A DNA stretch of 64,000 bases, from the NCBI GenBank assembly GCA_046294625.1, contig JBKBKN010000002.1, positions 24,250 to 88,249 on the forward strand, given 5' to 3'. This document shows positions 47,496-57,468 of the stretch, one piece after another (position 1 is the first letter of the stretch; each line of letters begins with the position of its first letter). A program made the translations under genes and the position numbers. Under the pieces are notes generated by a model. It was given only the letters and a program-made list of their open reading frames with translations. It made no database searches and was not told the origin of the DNA. The DNA comes from Flavobacteriales bacterium (GTDB lineage Bacteria > Bacteroidota > Bacteroidia > M30B66).

Positions 47496-49271
47496 ATGGA
47501 AAACCTATTTCAAGATTTCAACACAGCAAGCCGCGAAGAATGGCTGCAACAGCTCAAAAAAGACCTTAAAAAAGATGATGTTGATGCCTTGTTGCATCCC
47601 TTGATAGATGGTATCGTGACGCAGGCTTATCTTCGAAACGATGATCGGATCAAAGAGCATTCCATTGTCAAAAAAACGGAAGAAAAGAGAAAATTGATTT
47701 TTCATCCCAATGATTGGGAAATTTGCTTCTCCATCAATGCCAATGATGCACTCCATGCCAATAAAGAAGCGCTGCACTTTTTGCAACACGGAGCTGATGC
47801 TATTCGTTTCACCGGCGACCAATTATCCAATCAGGAAGAATTGCGCCTATTGCTTCGCAATATTCTGCCCGATGTGGTGAGCCTGCATTTCAGCAATGGA
47901 GAGGCAAGTATCGCCATTGCGTTAATGCTTGACCAAGAGTTTTCAGACAAAGAAAAAGATGCCATATCCGGCTCGGTTTCTTTTGATTTTCTCTCGGAAT
48001 ATGCCTTTATCGGCCATTTGCTTTACGGACCAAAAGACAGCTTCAGTGCACTTCGCCACATGAGCGATACGCTGAAGAAAAATTTACCCGGCTACCATAG
48101 TATTGCCATAGATGTGACAAAGTTTCACAACGCAGGCGCAAAGGCTGCGCAGGAAATAGCCCTTGCATTAAGTATTGGAGCAAGCTATGGAGCGTATTAT
48201 GCCGAACAAGGACTCTGGAGCGATTTCGCACAAAAAAGCTTTGTGAACATGGCCCTTGACAGTAGCTATTTTATGAATATCGCCAAGTTGAGAGCCATGC
48301 GCCTGCTTTGGCAAAAAATGTGTAAAGCATTTGACAACAACCATGACGCGACCTTAAGACTGCATACTGAAAGCAGCCAAAGAAACAAATCATCGCACGA
48401 CATTCACAACAACTTGCTTCGCTTAACTTTAGAGTCAATGGCTGCAGCCGTGGGAGGCAGCGACCTGCACATCTGCCACCGGCACGATGAAGGCTTTGTG
48501 CCTTACAACAGAGATGCTATGCGCTATGCGCTCAATATTCAACATCTGCTTAAGCACGAAAGCCATCTCGACAAGGTGCTTGATCCTGCTTTCGGAGCGT
48601 GGTATATCGAAAATCTAACCGAAGAGCTCATGAAAGAAACCTGGAAATACTTCCTTGAATTAGAAGATGCCGGGGGCTATCTGAAGGCGGTAGAATCAGC
48701 CAAAGTGTTTGAAATGGTGCATAGTGCCGCTGAAAAACGCCGTCAAGATTTTAATACCTTAAAATCTGTTACGGTGGGCTTAAATAAATATACCGGTGCC
48801 AAAACCTTTGAGCCTACACAATCTGCTCCGGCAATGACCGATTATAACCCCGAAGCCGATTTCCCTTTGCTGGAACCCATGAGGGTGATTGCCGATTTTG
48901 AAAAACTTAGAGCTGAAGTGGAATCAAAAAAACGTCAAGCCATACTTGTTTCCTTTGGCGACCCCAAAATGAGCAAAGCCCGACTGGAGTTTTGCAGTGG
49001 ATTGCTTCATACAGCCGGCATACTTTTCACGGAAGCACCTTATGCCGAGCGTCCTGATTTATCAAAACTCTCCAAAGAAAAAGCTGACCTGTTCATTTTC
49101 TGCGCTGCTGATCAGGATTATGCTGTGCTATCCGATACAAGCCATCCAGCAATTGTTAAAGAAAAAGGATTTATTGCCGGAAAATTCACCGATGATGCTT
49201 TGCGCAAAAGCTTGAAAGGTAATCTTTTCGCAGGAATGGATGTGGTAGAATGGATGAAGGGATTAGTCTGA
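47496..49271 (+). CDS. Methylmalonyl-CoA mutase small (beta, non-catalytic) subunit-like protein.
   Basis: MCM-family TIM-barrel region ...NIAKLRAMRLLWQKMCKAF...RLHTESSQRNKSS...NNLLRLTLESMAAAVGGSD..., and a C-terminal Rossmann-like domain lacking DxHxxG. The track start at 47478 is a TTG; the first ATG is at 47496. Confidence 0.75.
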   Translation: MENLFQDFNTASREEWLQQLKKDLKKDDVDALLHPLIDGIVTQAYLRNDDRIKEHSIVKKTEEKRKLIFHPNDWEICFSINANDALHANKEALHFLQHGADAIRFTGDQLSNQEELRLLLRNILPDVVSLHFSNGEASIAIALMLDQEFSDKEKDAISGSVSFDFLSEYAFIGHLLYGPKDSFSALRHMSDTLKKNLPGYHSIAIDVTKFHNAGAKAAQEIALALSIGASYGAYYAEQGLWSDFAQKSFVNMALDSSYFMNIAKLRAMRLLWQKMCKAFDNNHDATLRLHTESSQRNKSSHDIHNNLLRLTLESMAAAVGGSDLHICHRHDEGFVPYNRDAMRYALNIQHLLKHESHLDKVLDPAFGAWYIENLTEELMKETWKYFLELEDAGGYLKAVESAKVFEMVHSAAEKRRQDFNTLKSVTVGLNKYTGAKTFEPTQSAPAMTDYNPEADFPLLEPMRVIADFEKLRAEVESKKRQAILVSFGDPKMSKARLEFCSGLLHTAGILFTEAPYAERPDLSKLSKEKADLFIFCAADQDYAVLSDTSHPAIVKEKGFIAGKFTDDALRKSLKGNLFAGMDVVEWMKGLV

Positions 49272-49482
49272 GACAATCAGGGCTGCTATTGGATGCTGAT
49301 GAAAAGATAATTTTTGCTTGCATATAAATGTATTGCGGTGTCTAAACAAAACATCTTTCTTCGAATCACCGAACAGTCGACAACACACGTAAAAAACTTT
49401 TCAAAAATTAGCAGTTAGTAGGCAAACATCAACAACTTGCACGATAGCGTTGATATATTTTAGGTAATCGCGTTGACTTGCT

Positions 49483-49490
49483 TATATTTG
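49483..49490 (+). promoter_or_regulatory. Candidate -7 promoter element TATATTTG (TAnnTTTG) upstream of ychF, with a second TATATTTT copy at ~49454-49461.
   Basis: ...gcgttgatatattttaggtaatcgcgttgacttgcttaTATTTGcgggcttttt..., 23 nt before the ATG. Confidence 0.35.
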
Positions 49491-49512
49491 CGGGCTTTTT
49501 ACAAAAAATATT

Positions 49513-50616
49513 ATGGCTCTCAAATGCGGAATTGTAGGTTTACCTAATGTCGGAAAATCAACCCTGTTCAATTGCTTATCGAATGCCAAGGCGCAAGCGG
49601 CAAACTTCCCCTTCTGCACCATTGAACCCAATGTGGGGGTAATTACTGTTCCCGATGAGCGACTCACCGAACTGGCTCGTTTGGTGAATCCTGAAAAAAT
49701 TGTTCCCACCACGGTGGAGATTGTTGATATTGCCGGCTTAGTAAAGGGCGCAAGCAAAGGCGAAGGGCTTGGCAATCAATTTTTAGGAAATATCCGCGAA
49801 TGCGATGCCATTTTACACGTGTTGCGTTGTTTCGACGACCCCAATGTAGTGCACGTGGATGGTAGTGTAAATCCGATTCGCGATAAAGAAGTGATTGACC
49901 TTGAATTGCAGTTGAAAGACCTTGAAACGGTGGAGAAACGATTGCAAAAAGTGGAGAAACAAGCCCGTACAGGCGGCGATAAAGAGGCCAAAAGAGCATT
50001 CGATATTCTCACACAAATAAAAGCGGTGCTGGAGCAAGGAAAATCCGCACGTACCTTGAGTTTTGATAAGCCGGATGATATTGAATTTGTAAACGAATTG
50101 TACTTGCTCACCGAAAAACCGGTATTGTATATCTGCAATGTGGATGAATCTTCGGCTGTATCAGGCAACACTTACACCGAAGCCATCAGTAAAATTGCCG
50201 CCGAAGAACATGCCGAAACATTGATCATCACCGCTGCGATGGAAGCAGAAATTGCACAATTGGAATCCTATGAAGATAAAATGGCTTTTCTGGATGAGAT
50301 TGGATTGTCAGAACCGGGCGTGAATAAGCTCATAAAAAAAGCTTACAAACTTTTAAATCTAGAGACCTATTTCACTGCCGGAGTTAAAGAAGTGCGCGCC
50401 TGGACCATCACCAAAGGAATGAAAGCACCACAAGCCGCAGGTGTGATTCATAGCGACTTTGAAAAAGGTTTTATCCGAGCCGAAGTGATTAAATACGAAG
50501 ATTACATCAAATACGGCTCTGAATCATCTTGTCGCGAAGCCGGCAAACTATCCATTGAAGGCAAGGAATATGTAGTGCAAGATGGCGACATCATGCATTT
50601 CAGATTTAATGTGTAA
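49513..50616 (+). CDS. ychF: Redox-regulated ribosome-binding ATPase YchF (Obg-family GTPase).
   Basis: MALKCGIVGLPNVGKSTLFN...; TGS domain at the C-terminus; 367 aa. Confidence 0.9.
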   Translation: MALKCGIVGLPNVGKSTLFNCLSNAKAQAANFPFCTIEPNVGVITVPDERLTELARLVNPEKIVPTTVEIVDIAGLVKGASKGEGLGNQFLGNIRECDAILHVLRCFDDPNVVHVDGSVNPIRDKEVIDLELQLKDLETVEKRLQKVEKQARTGGDKEAKRAFDILTQIKAVLEQGKSARTLSFDKPDDIEFVNELYLLTEKPVLYICNVDESSAVSGNTYTEAISKIAAEEHAETLIITAAMEAEIAQLESYEDKMAFLDEIGLSEPGVNKLIKKAYKLLNLETYFTAGVKEVRAWTITKGMKAPQAAGVIHSDFEKGFIRAEVIKYEDYIKYGSESSCREAGKLSIEGKEYVVQDGDIMHFRFNV

Positions 50617-50668
50617 TCAAGCTGAACCGATTTACCCAATAAGGGTTTAACAAAAAAGAATGTAGAAA

Positions 50669-51928
50669 ATGATGCAGATAGAATCAGGAAGATACAAAAT
50701 ATCAGGGGTGGATGTGCTCGATATGTGCACTGAATTCGACACTCCGCTTTATGTGTATGACAGTGCCACCATAAACCGTCAATACAATCGATTGGTAAAT
50801 GCATTCCAAAATGTGGATACAAAGTTTAATTATGCCTGCAAAGCGCTGACCAATATTAACATACTCCGATTCATGAATAGTCTCGGTGCAGGGCTTGATA
50901 CCGTGAGCATACAAGAAGTATGGTTGGGGCTCAAAGCCGGATTCAAACCTGAAGACATCATTTACACGCCCAACTGTGTTTCGATGGAAGAAATTGACAT
51001 GGCTGTGGAAGCAGGCGTGAAAATCAATATTGATAATCTGTCTATACTCGAACAATTCGGTCACAAATACGGAAACAAAGTTCCGGTTTGTGTGCGCTTG
51101 AATCCACATATTTTAGCCGGAGGAAATGTAAAAATCTCTACCGGACATATCGATAGCAAGTTTGGTATCAGTGTGTATCAGCTACGTCATCTGGAGCGCG
51201 TGATTGAGTCTGAAAACATTGTGGTGGAAGGCCTGCACATGCACACCGGCTCCGATATTCTCGATGTGGATGTATTCCTTCGCGGAGCAGACATTCTGCT
51301 CGAATGTGCGACTCAATTTAAAGATTTGAAATACGTTGACTTTGGCAGTGGATTTAAAGTAGCCTATAAACCCAACGATATTGAAACCGATATTGAATTG
51401 TTGGGCGAAAAAATGTCGGAGCGATTCAATGCGTTTTGCAAAGATTATGGAAGAAAACTTACCATCATATTTGAACCGGGCAAATTTTTGGTGAGTGAAG
51501 CTGGCTACTTTTTTGCCAAAGTGAATGTGATTAAACAGACCACTGCTACCGTATTTGCGGGCATTGATACCGGGTTGAATCATTTAATTCGCCCGATGTT
51601 TTACGATGCCTATCATCATATTCTAAACGTATCTAATCCTGAAGGAAAGCCGCGGATTTACACCGTAGTAGGCTATATCTGCGAAACCGATACCTTTGGA
51701 TGGGACAGAAAAATAAATGAAATCACCGAAGGGGATATACTTTGTTTTAAAAATGCCGGCGCTTATGGCATGGCCATGGCCAGCAATTATAATTCGCGAT
51801 TCCGTCCAGCTGAAGTATTGATTCACGGTGGACAAGCACATTTGATTCGAAGAAGAGAAACTTTAGATGATCTACTGCAAACTCAAATAGAGTTAAAGTT
51901 GGAAAAAGCTCAAGAAGCATCAACATAA
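50669..51928 (+). CDS. lysA: Diaminopimelate decarboxylase.
   Basis: Fold-III PLP decarboxylase. The K in ...FNYACKALTNI... is likely the PLP lysine. ...EPGKFLVSEAG..., ...YICETDTFG... Confidence 0.8.
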   Translation: MMQIESGRYKISGVDVLDMCTEFDTPLYVYDSATINRQYNRLVNAFQNVDTKFNYACKALTNINILRFMNSLGAGLDTVSIQEVWLGLKAGFKPEDIIYTPNCVSMEEIDMAVEAGVKINIDNLSILEQFGHKYGNKVPVCVRLNPHILAGGNVKISTGHIDSKFGISVYQLRHLERVIESENIVVEGLHMHTGSDILDVDVFLRGADILLECATQFKDLKYVDFGSGFKVAYKPNDIETDIELLGEKMSERFNAFCKDYGRKLTIIFEPGKFLVSEAGYFFAKVNVIKQTTATVFAGIDTGLNHLIRPMFYDAYHHILNVSNPEGKPRIYTVVGYICETDTFGWDRKINEITEGDILCFKNAGAYGMAMASNYNSRFRPAEVLIHGGQAHLIRRRETLDDLLQTQIELKLEKAQEAST

Positions 51929-52008
51929 TGCTTTAACCGTCTTTTTTCAGAATATTTTCAACATTTCAAGCCCATATTTTGGCTACCTTGCCGCGCGAAT
52001 ACTGATTA

Positions 52009-53442
52009 ATGTACAACATGGAGGAAGGTAGAAAACTCAGCACCAAAGAAAAAGCCCTAAAAATAAATCTCGATCGCTCATTGTACGGCTCTTTTGCCGA
52101 AATAGGTGCCGGTCAGGAAGTGGCTGCTAATTTTTTCAAGGCAGGAGCTGCTTCAGGCACAGTAGCTAAAACCATGTCAGCTTATGATATGGCTTTTTCT
52201 GATGCAATATATGGTAAAGGTGGCAGATACGTTTGTGAAGAACGGCTCATCCGAATGCTCGACAAAGAGTATAGCCTTTTGGGTAAGCGTTTGGCTTTCC
52301 GTGAGCATGAAACAAGTTTTTTTGCCTTCGCAGATACCGTTGAAACCTTGAATTTTCAACGTACCAACCAAGGCCGTGGATGGTTGGGTCTTCGTTTTCA
52401 ACTGCACCCCATGTCGGAACCAAATGAATGTATCATTCACCTCGTGCTCAACGATAATGAAAACACCTGGCAGCAAAGAGCAATAGGAATCATTGGGGTA
52501 AATTTGATACATGCTTGTCTTTACCTCACACACGACATGGATATCTTTATCAAGTCACTGCTTGATGGTGTCGTGAGCGGAAGTGTTGAAATCGATCTCT
52601 TAAGGCTTACAGGACCCGATTTCAGGCATATTGACAATCGACTGCTTGCACTTAAATTGGTAAAAATCGGCCTTTGCAAAGCCACCATGTTTGGTCCTGA
52701 TGGTAATGTACTGCAACCATCTGAAGCACTTTACAAAAAAAATGCATTGGTCATGAGTGGTCGTTTTAGACCATACACTAATGTGAATGAAGACATGCTT
52801 CAACAAGCGATGAAGAGTTTTGCCAATGATCAAGAAGTGAAGGCTGACAACATTATCACCGTTTCAGAACTTTCACTCAACACTTTGATTGATAAAAATG
52901 GAAATATCGACGAACAAGATTTTTTGGACAGAGCAGAAATACTTTGCTCCCTTGGCCACACGGTCATGATTACCAATTTTTTCGATTATTATTATCTCGT
53001 CCCCTATCTGTCTAAACTTACTCGAAACCAGAAAGTGGGTTTCGTACTGGGTATCCCAGCCATTGAAAGGATATTTGAAAATCAGCACTATGACAATCTG
53101 CGCGGTGGCTTCTTGGAAGCTTTCGCCATGTTGTTTGGCACCAATGTAAAAGCCTATGTTTATCCAACCTTAAAAAGCGCTTCAGGAAAATTAGTAACAT
53201 GCAAAAACATTGATATTGCCCGTAAACTTCGTCCCCTGTTCGAGTATCTGCTCTTAAATGAAAAATTACAAGACCTGCAATATGCTTCATTGGATTACTT
53301 ACATTTACAGGCAGACGATGTATTGGAATTAATTAAAGAAAATAAAACGGGATGGGAAAATTTTGTCCCCAAAAAAGTAGCAGAAGCAATCAAAAGAAAC
53401 TGTTTATTTGGCTTTCCATGCGAACCATTCCTCACACGATAA
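52009..53442 (+). CDS. Conserved hypothetical cytoplasmic protein, 477 aa, family not recognised.
   Basis: Long ORF with typical codon usage between lysA and the DEAD-box helicase. Conserved-looking stretch SFAEIGAGQEVAANFFKAGAASGTVAKTMSAYDMAF. No TM segment and no signal peptide. Confidence 0.6.
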   Translation: MYNMEEGRKLSTKEKALKINLDRSLYGSFAEIGAGQEVAANFFKAGAASGTVAKTMSAYDMAFSDAIYGKGGRYVCEERLIRMLDKEYSLLGKRLAFREHETSFFAFADTVETLNFQRTNQGRGWLGLRFQLHPMSEPNECIIHLVLNDNENTWQQRAIGIIGVNLIHACLYLTHDMDIFIKSLLDGVVSGSVEIDLLRLTGPDFRHIDNRLLALKLVKIGLCKATMFGPDGNVLQPSEALYKKNALVMSGRFRPYTNVNEDMLQQAMKSFANDQEVKADNIITVSELSLNTLIDKNGNIDEQDFLDRAEILCSLGHTVMITNFFDYYYLVPYLSKLTRNQKVGFVLGIPAIERIFENQHYDNLRGGFLEAFAMLFGTNVKAYVYPTLKSASGKLVTCKNIDIARKLRPLFEYLLLNEKLQDLQYASLDYLHLQADDVLELIKENKTGWENFVPKKVAEAIKRNCLFGFPCEPFLTR

Positions 53443-53453
53443 ATTGATATAAA

Positions 53454-54698
53454 ATGACCTTCAGCGAATTTGGTTTCAGCGATTCAGTGCTTGAGAGCAT
53501 AGAAGCTATGAATTTTAAAGACCCAACACCCATTCAAAAGCTAGCCATTCCTGAAATCTTAAACGACAAGGATATCATTGCCTGTGCACAAACAGGAACA
53601 GGCAAAACAGCGGCCTTTATATTACCCCTGCTCGAAAAAGCCATTAAAGCAAAATCGCAAACTGTTGATACGCTTGTGATTGTGCCTACCCGAGAACTAG
53701 CTTTACAGATTGATCAGCAATTAGAGGGTATGGGATATTTCACCGGCATCAGCTCAATGGCCATTTATGGCGGTGGCGACGGCATCAGCTGGGAAGCTCA
53801 GAAAGCAGCACTGTCAAGGGGAACAAATATTGTTATTGCCACTCCCGGAAAGATTCTTTCTTACCTGATTCTCGATCATCAATGGACCAAAAGCATTCGG
53901 CATTTGGTGCTCGACGAAGCCGACCGAATGCTCGATATGGGCTTCAATGAAGATATATTGCGGATTTTAAAATTTCTCCCATCAGAAAGGCAATCTATCA
54001 TGTTCTCGGCCACCATGCCGCCCAAAATCAGACAATTAGCTTCCAAGCTCTTGAAACATCCGGTTGAAATTAATTTGGCGATATCTAAACCTGCTGCCGG
54101 TATTGACCAAAAAGCTGCTGTGCTATACGAAAATCAAAAACTTCCCTTGTTGATGGAATTGCTCCAAGAGAGAAATATTCGCAGTGCCATCATTTTTGCT
54201 TCCACTAAACAAAAGGTGAAGGACATTGAACAACAAATGAAAAAGCTCAAGCTCAATGTAAATGCCATACATTCCGACCTTGACCAAAAACAGCGCGAAG
54301 AGGTGCTCCTCAGCTTCAGAAATAAAAATTTAAAATTGCTTGTGGCCACTGACATTGTTGCTCGAGGTATTGATATTGACAGCATTGATCTTGTTGTAAA
54401 CTATGATGTGCCCGGCGATGCAGAAGATTATGTGCACCGTGTAGGCCGAACAGCGCGTGCAGCTACCAAAGGAGAAGCTATAACATTAATAAGCAAAGAA
54501 GACCAACGAAAATTTGCTTCCATTGAACGGCTCATTGAGTTCATCGTACCTAAAATTACTGTTCCTGAGAACTTGGGTGAAACACCTGTCTATCAGCCAT
54601 TGGAACGCAGCTCATCTAGCCATCCGGCAAAAAAATCCTTCAACAAAAACAAAGGAAAAAGACCGTTTAAGAGAAGGAATCAAGTTCAAAATAAATAA
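53454..54698 (+). CDS. DEAD-box ATP-dependent RNA helicase (RhlE-like) with basic C-terminal tail.
   Basis: Q-motif ...FKDPTPIQ, Walker A AQTGTGKT, DEAD (VLDEADRMLDMGF), SAT, HRVGRTARA; C-terminus KKSFNKNKGKRPFKRRNQ. Confidence 0.9.
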   Translation: MTFSEFGFSDSVLESIEAMNFKDPTPIQKLAIPEILNDKDIIACAQTGTGKTAAFILPLLEKAIKAKSQTVDTLVIVPTRELALQIDQQLEGMGYFTGISSMAIYGGGDGISWEAQKAALSRGTNIVIATPGKILSYLILDHQWTKSIRHLVLDEADRMLDMGFNEDILRILKFLPSERQSIMFSATMPPKIRQLASKLLKHPVEINLAISKPAAGIDQKAAVLYENQKLPLLMELLQERNIRSAIIFASTKQKVKDIEQQMKKLKLNVNAIHSDLDQKQREEVLLSFRNKNLKLLVATDIVARGIDIDSIDLVVNYDVPGDAEDYVHRVGRTARAATKGEAITLISKEDQRKFASIERLIEFIVPKITVPENLGETPVYQPLERSSSSHPAKKSFNKNKGKRPFKRRNQVQNK

Positions 54699-56095
54699 GT
54701 CAGCAATAATAGTACTGCAAAAAAACCTACACTTATCACATTCCAGCCGATCACCTTTTTGAGTGGAGCACTTTGTGGAAATACGGCATTTACTATTACA
54801 ATATTTTGCAAGGAAATAGCATTTCCCAAAGCGCCGCCAATATGCAATAACACCATCACTTGCAAGAGATTGTCAGTGTAACCAAGTACCGTTTCAAAAG
54901 TTTGATGCAGCAAAAGATTACTCATCGTGAGACTCCCTGTGGTGAAACTGCCAAGAATACCAACAAAAGGAGAAATCCATATAATAAATGACTCAGACAA
55001 ACCTGAATTTAAAATCAATTCAGATACTGGCTTTCGCATCATGCCCGAGAGAAAAACCAACAACAAAATGGTGACTAAAGTAATACCAGATTTCATGACA
55101 CTTTTCGTAAAAATCTGCCCAAATGTTAGCATAGATTTTTTTTGAGACATTTTTAAGCTAAACCAAGCGAATGAGAACAACAAAATCAACAAACCCGGCT
55201 GATACGTGGCTACTTTTCGAATACCCGAAATTAGCTCCACATTGGCATAGCCAATAGCATGACGTGCAATAAACAAAACGATGACGAGCATTAGGTAAGG
55301 TTTGAAAAACTGTAACCAAAAAACGAGCTCAGGCTTCAAATCAGTCCAACGAGTACGAAAAAGCAGATAAATAATGAAGCCTGACAAACCTGCTATCACA
55401 GAAGGAAATTCAAGCGAATAATGTGACAACAAAAAGAGCATAGAAGCCGGTATCAAACCGGCTAAAAGCCCAAACGGAATCAACTGCCATCTCAATTTCA
55501 CTTTTTCTGGTTCAAGTATCGATGCCAAACCAATCAACCATAATGGCATGATGAGCATCAAAGGAAAAAGTTTTACGCTCATTGCAGTGCTGAAAGGATG
55601 AGAAGTAGAAACTATATCTAATCCAATTTTGATGGGTGTGCCTAATGCACCATAACAAACCGAAAGCGTGTTGGCCGAGAGCAATAGTACTACAGTGGAC
55701 AATGGTTTGTAGCCTAAGCTTATCATAATCGGTGCTATGAGCAGAGCAGGTACACCAAAGCCTGCCACACCTTCGAAAAAAGTGCATAAAAACCAAGCCA
55801 TCAATAACAGAATATCGACTTGATCATAACGACTTTGCAAACGACTTGAAAATTCTTTGAAATGACCTGTGTGTTCTAGTAATCGATAAAAACTTATAGA
55901 CCCAATGATCAATAATGCTAATTCAAAAGTGATGAGTATTGCATTCGCAGCATGCGAAGAAAGTTGGAAAGCTTCTTCCCCTGAAAAAAGAGTATGCACA
56001 ATTACCATAGTAATCGATAAAACAAGACCCGGGAGCACTTTGTTAAACACAAAAACGCTGGCAACGAGAAAGATAAAAGCAAGCAACACGATCAT
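54686..56095 (-). CDS. lctP: L-lactate permease (LctP family).
   Basis: Polytopic membrane protein with ...FEGVAGFGVPALLIAPIMISLGYKPL...ALGTPIKIGLD... typical of LctP. Its 3' end overlaps the helicase gene by 13 nt (convergent). Confidence 0.75.
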   Translation of the reverse strand: MIVLLAFIFLVASVFVFNKVLPGLVLSITMVIVHTLFSGEEAFQLSSHAANAILITFELALLIIGSISFYRLLEHTGHFKEFSSRLQSRYDQVDILLLMAWFLCTFFEGVAGFGVPALLIAPIMISLGYKPLSTVVLLLSANTLSVCYGALGTPIKIGLDIVSTSHPFSTAMSVKLFPLMLIMPLWLIGLASILEPEKVKLRWQLIPFGLLAGLIPASMLFLLSHYSLEFPSVIAGLSGFIIYLLFRTRWTDLKPELVFWLQFFKPYLMLVIVLFIARHAIGYANVELISGIRKVATYQPGLLILLFSFAWFSLKMSQKKSMLTFGQIFTKSVMKSGITLVTILLLVFLSGMMRKPVSELILNSGLSESFIIWISPFVGILGSFTTGSLTMSNLLLHQTFETVLGYTDNLLQVMVLLHIGGALGNAISLQNIVIVNAVFPQSAPLKKVIGWNVISVGFFAVLLLLTYLF

Positions 56096-56134
56096 GATAA
56101 CCGATACAATTTTAGGCTAAAGATAGTGTGGCAT

Positions 56135-56797
56135 TTATTGTTGTAAAGCACCATTTTCACCAAGGGCAAATCGCACAATTCCGGCTGTGTTGTTCACCCC
56201 AAGTTTATTCATGATGTTTTTTCGGTGCGTTTTCACCGTTAAGGGACTGATAAACAAGAGTTCTGCAATCTCTTTATTTGATTTTCCTTCTGCGATATAG
56301 CTAATAATCTGTAATTCACGATCTGATATGTTCAACCCTTCACAGCTTGGTGTTGGTTCATGCATGCTATCGGGTTTTTCGGCGTGATGAATAATCGCAT
56401 CTACCACCTTACCACAATAGAATTGCTCCCCAGCGTTCAAGAATCGGATTGCATCAAAGAATTCATCTTCACTACAATCGTGAAGCAAATAACCCTTCAA
56501 GCCCTGTTCACGTAGCCAGCGAGCATCTTCTGCTACAGTGTAGGATGTGAGTGCCATCACAGGTCTGCCTTCACGATTCTTACATAACTCATACACCAGT
56601 TGTTTGTCAAATCCGTAAGAATAAAAGTCAACAATTACCAAGTCATCATTATTCTCTTTTTGCTTTTCAATAAGCTCCGTGGGCGTATCGACGGTGTAGA
56701 CTATTTCATACCCAGGTGTCTTCCTGAAAATGGAACAAATCCCTTCTCTCACGAGAAGATTATTAATCGCAATACCTATCCTGATGTTTGTTGTCAT
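56135..56797 (-). CDS. LuxR/FixJ-family response regulator with a degenerate receiver domain (orphan; no kinase gene nearby).
   Basis: C-terminal LuxR HTH ...SDRELQIISYIAEGKSNKEIAELLFISPLTVKTHRKNIMNKLGV. The receiver has NN where the acidic DD pair is expected (IGIAINNLLVREG) and His where the conserved Lys is expected (GLKGYLLHD). Confidence 0.75.
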   Translation of the reverse strand: MTTNIRIGIAINNLLVREGICSIFRKTPGYEIVYTVDTPTELIEKQKENNDDLVIVDFYSYGFDKQLVYELCKNREGRPVMALTSYTVAEDARWLREQGLKGYLLHDCSEDEFFDAIRFLNAGEQFYCGKVVDAIIHHAEKPDSMHEPTPSCEGLNISDRELQIISYIAEGKSNKEIAELLFISPLTVKTHRKNIMNKLGVNNTAGIVRFALGENGALQQ

Positions 56798-56878
56798 TTA
56801 ACGAAGCGAAAATACATAACAACTTGCAGCTTCACAAGTTATTTAGAAATATTCTAAATAGAGTTTTTAACACCCCAA

Positions 56879-57457
56879 TTAAGGTTTGAAGTTTCTTAAT
56901 GCAGTGTAAAGCTCAAAAACCGGTAAGCCAACCACATTGTAAAATGAGCCAATAATTCGCTCCACACCAATGAAACCAATCCATTCCTGAATACCATATG
57001 CACCTGCCTTATCAAACGGTTTGAAATGCTGGATGTAGTATTGAATTTCGTCATCGGAAATCTGTCTGAAATAAACTTCCGTAACTGCAAAGAAACTTTG
57101 GATATGCTCTCGGCTGCTTAAACTGCAAGCCGTGATTACTTCATGCTTTCTTCCTGAAATGGATTGCAACATTGCTGTTGCTTCAAGGGCATTTTCGGCT
57201 TTATTAAGCACATGGTCATCGAGCCAAACAATGGTGTCGGCAGTGAGGCATACCTGATTGTCTTGGAGCTGCTGTTGGGCTGTTCTGGCTTTGAGTTCGC
57301 TTAGAAATAATGGAATTTGTTCTCGCTTTAATTTATTAGAGAAATCTTCATTGACATCAATTTTCATCACTTTGAAATCAACACCTAATTCGCGGAGCAA
57401 TTGTTGTCGCCTTGGAGATTTTGAGGCCAGTAGGAGTTCAAAAGGTAATTGAATCAT
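56879..57457 (-). CDS. maf: Maf-like nucleoside triphosphate pyrophosphatase (septum-formation protein Maf).
   Basis: MIQLPFELLLASKSPRRQQLLRELGVDFKV...; 192 aa from the ATG at 57457. The track start at 57484 is a TTG. Confidence 0.85.
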   Translation of the reverse strand: MIQLPFELLLASKSPRRQQLLRELGVDFKVMKIDVNEDFSNKLKREQIPLFLSELKARTAQQQLQDNQVCLTADTIVWLDDHVLNKAENALEATAMLQSISGRKHEVITACSLSSREHIQSFFAVTEVYFRQISDDEIQYYIQHFKPFDKAGAYGIQEWIGFIGVERIIGSFYNVVGLPVFELYTALRNFKP

Positions 57458-57468
57458 TGTTTTATTGC

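Noticed and set aside
49272-49512. A 241-bp intergenic region upstream of ychF, checked as a possible ncRNA or riboswitch (SRP RNA, cobalamin).
   Set aside because: There is no conserved SRP-like GGAAGCAGCC core and no B12-box-like element. The region reads as a tandem promoter (TATATTTT / TATATTTG). Without covariance-model scanning I cannot exclude a small RNA.
54686-54698. A 13-bp 3'-end overlap between the convergent DEAD-box helicase and lctP genes, checked as a possible annotation error or frameshift.
   Set aside because: Both ORFs end at natural stops with conserved C-termini. Short convergent overlaps are common, so this was not treated as a pseudogene signal.
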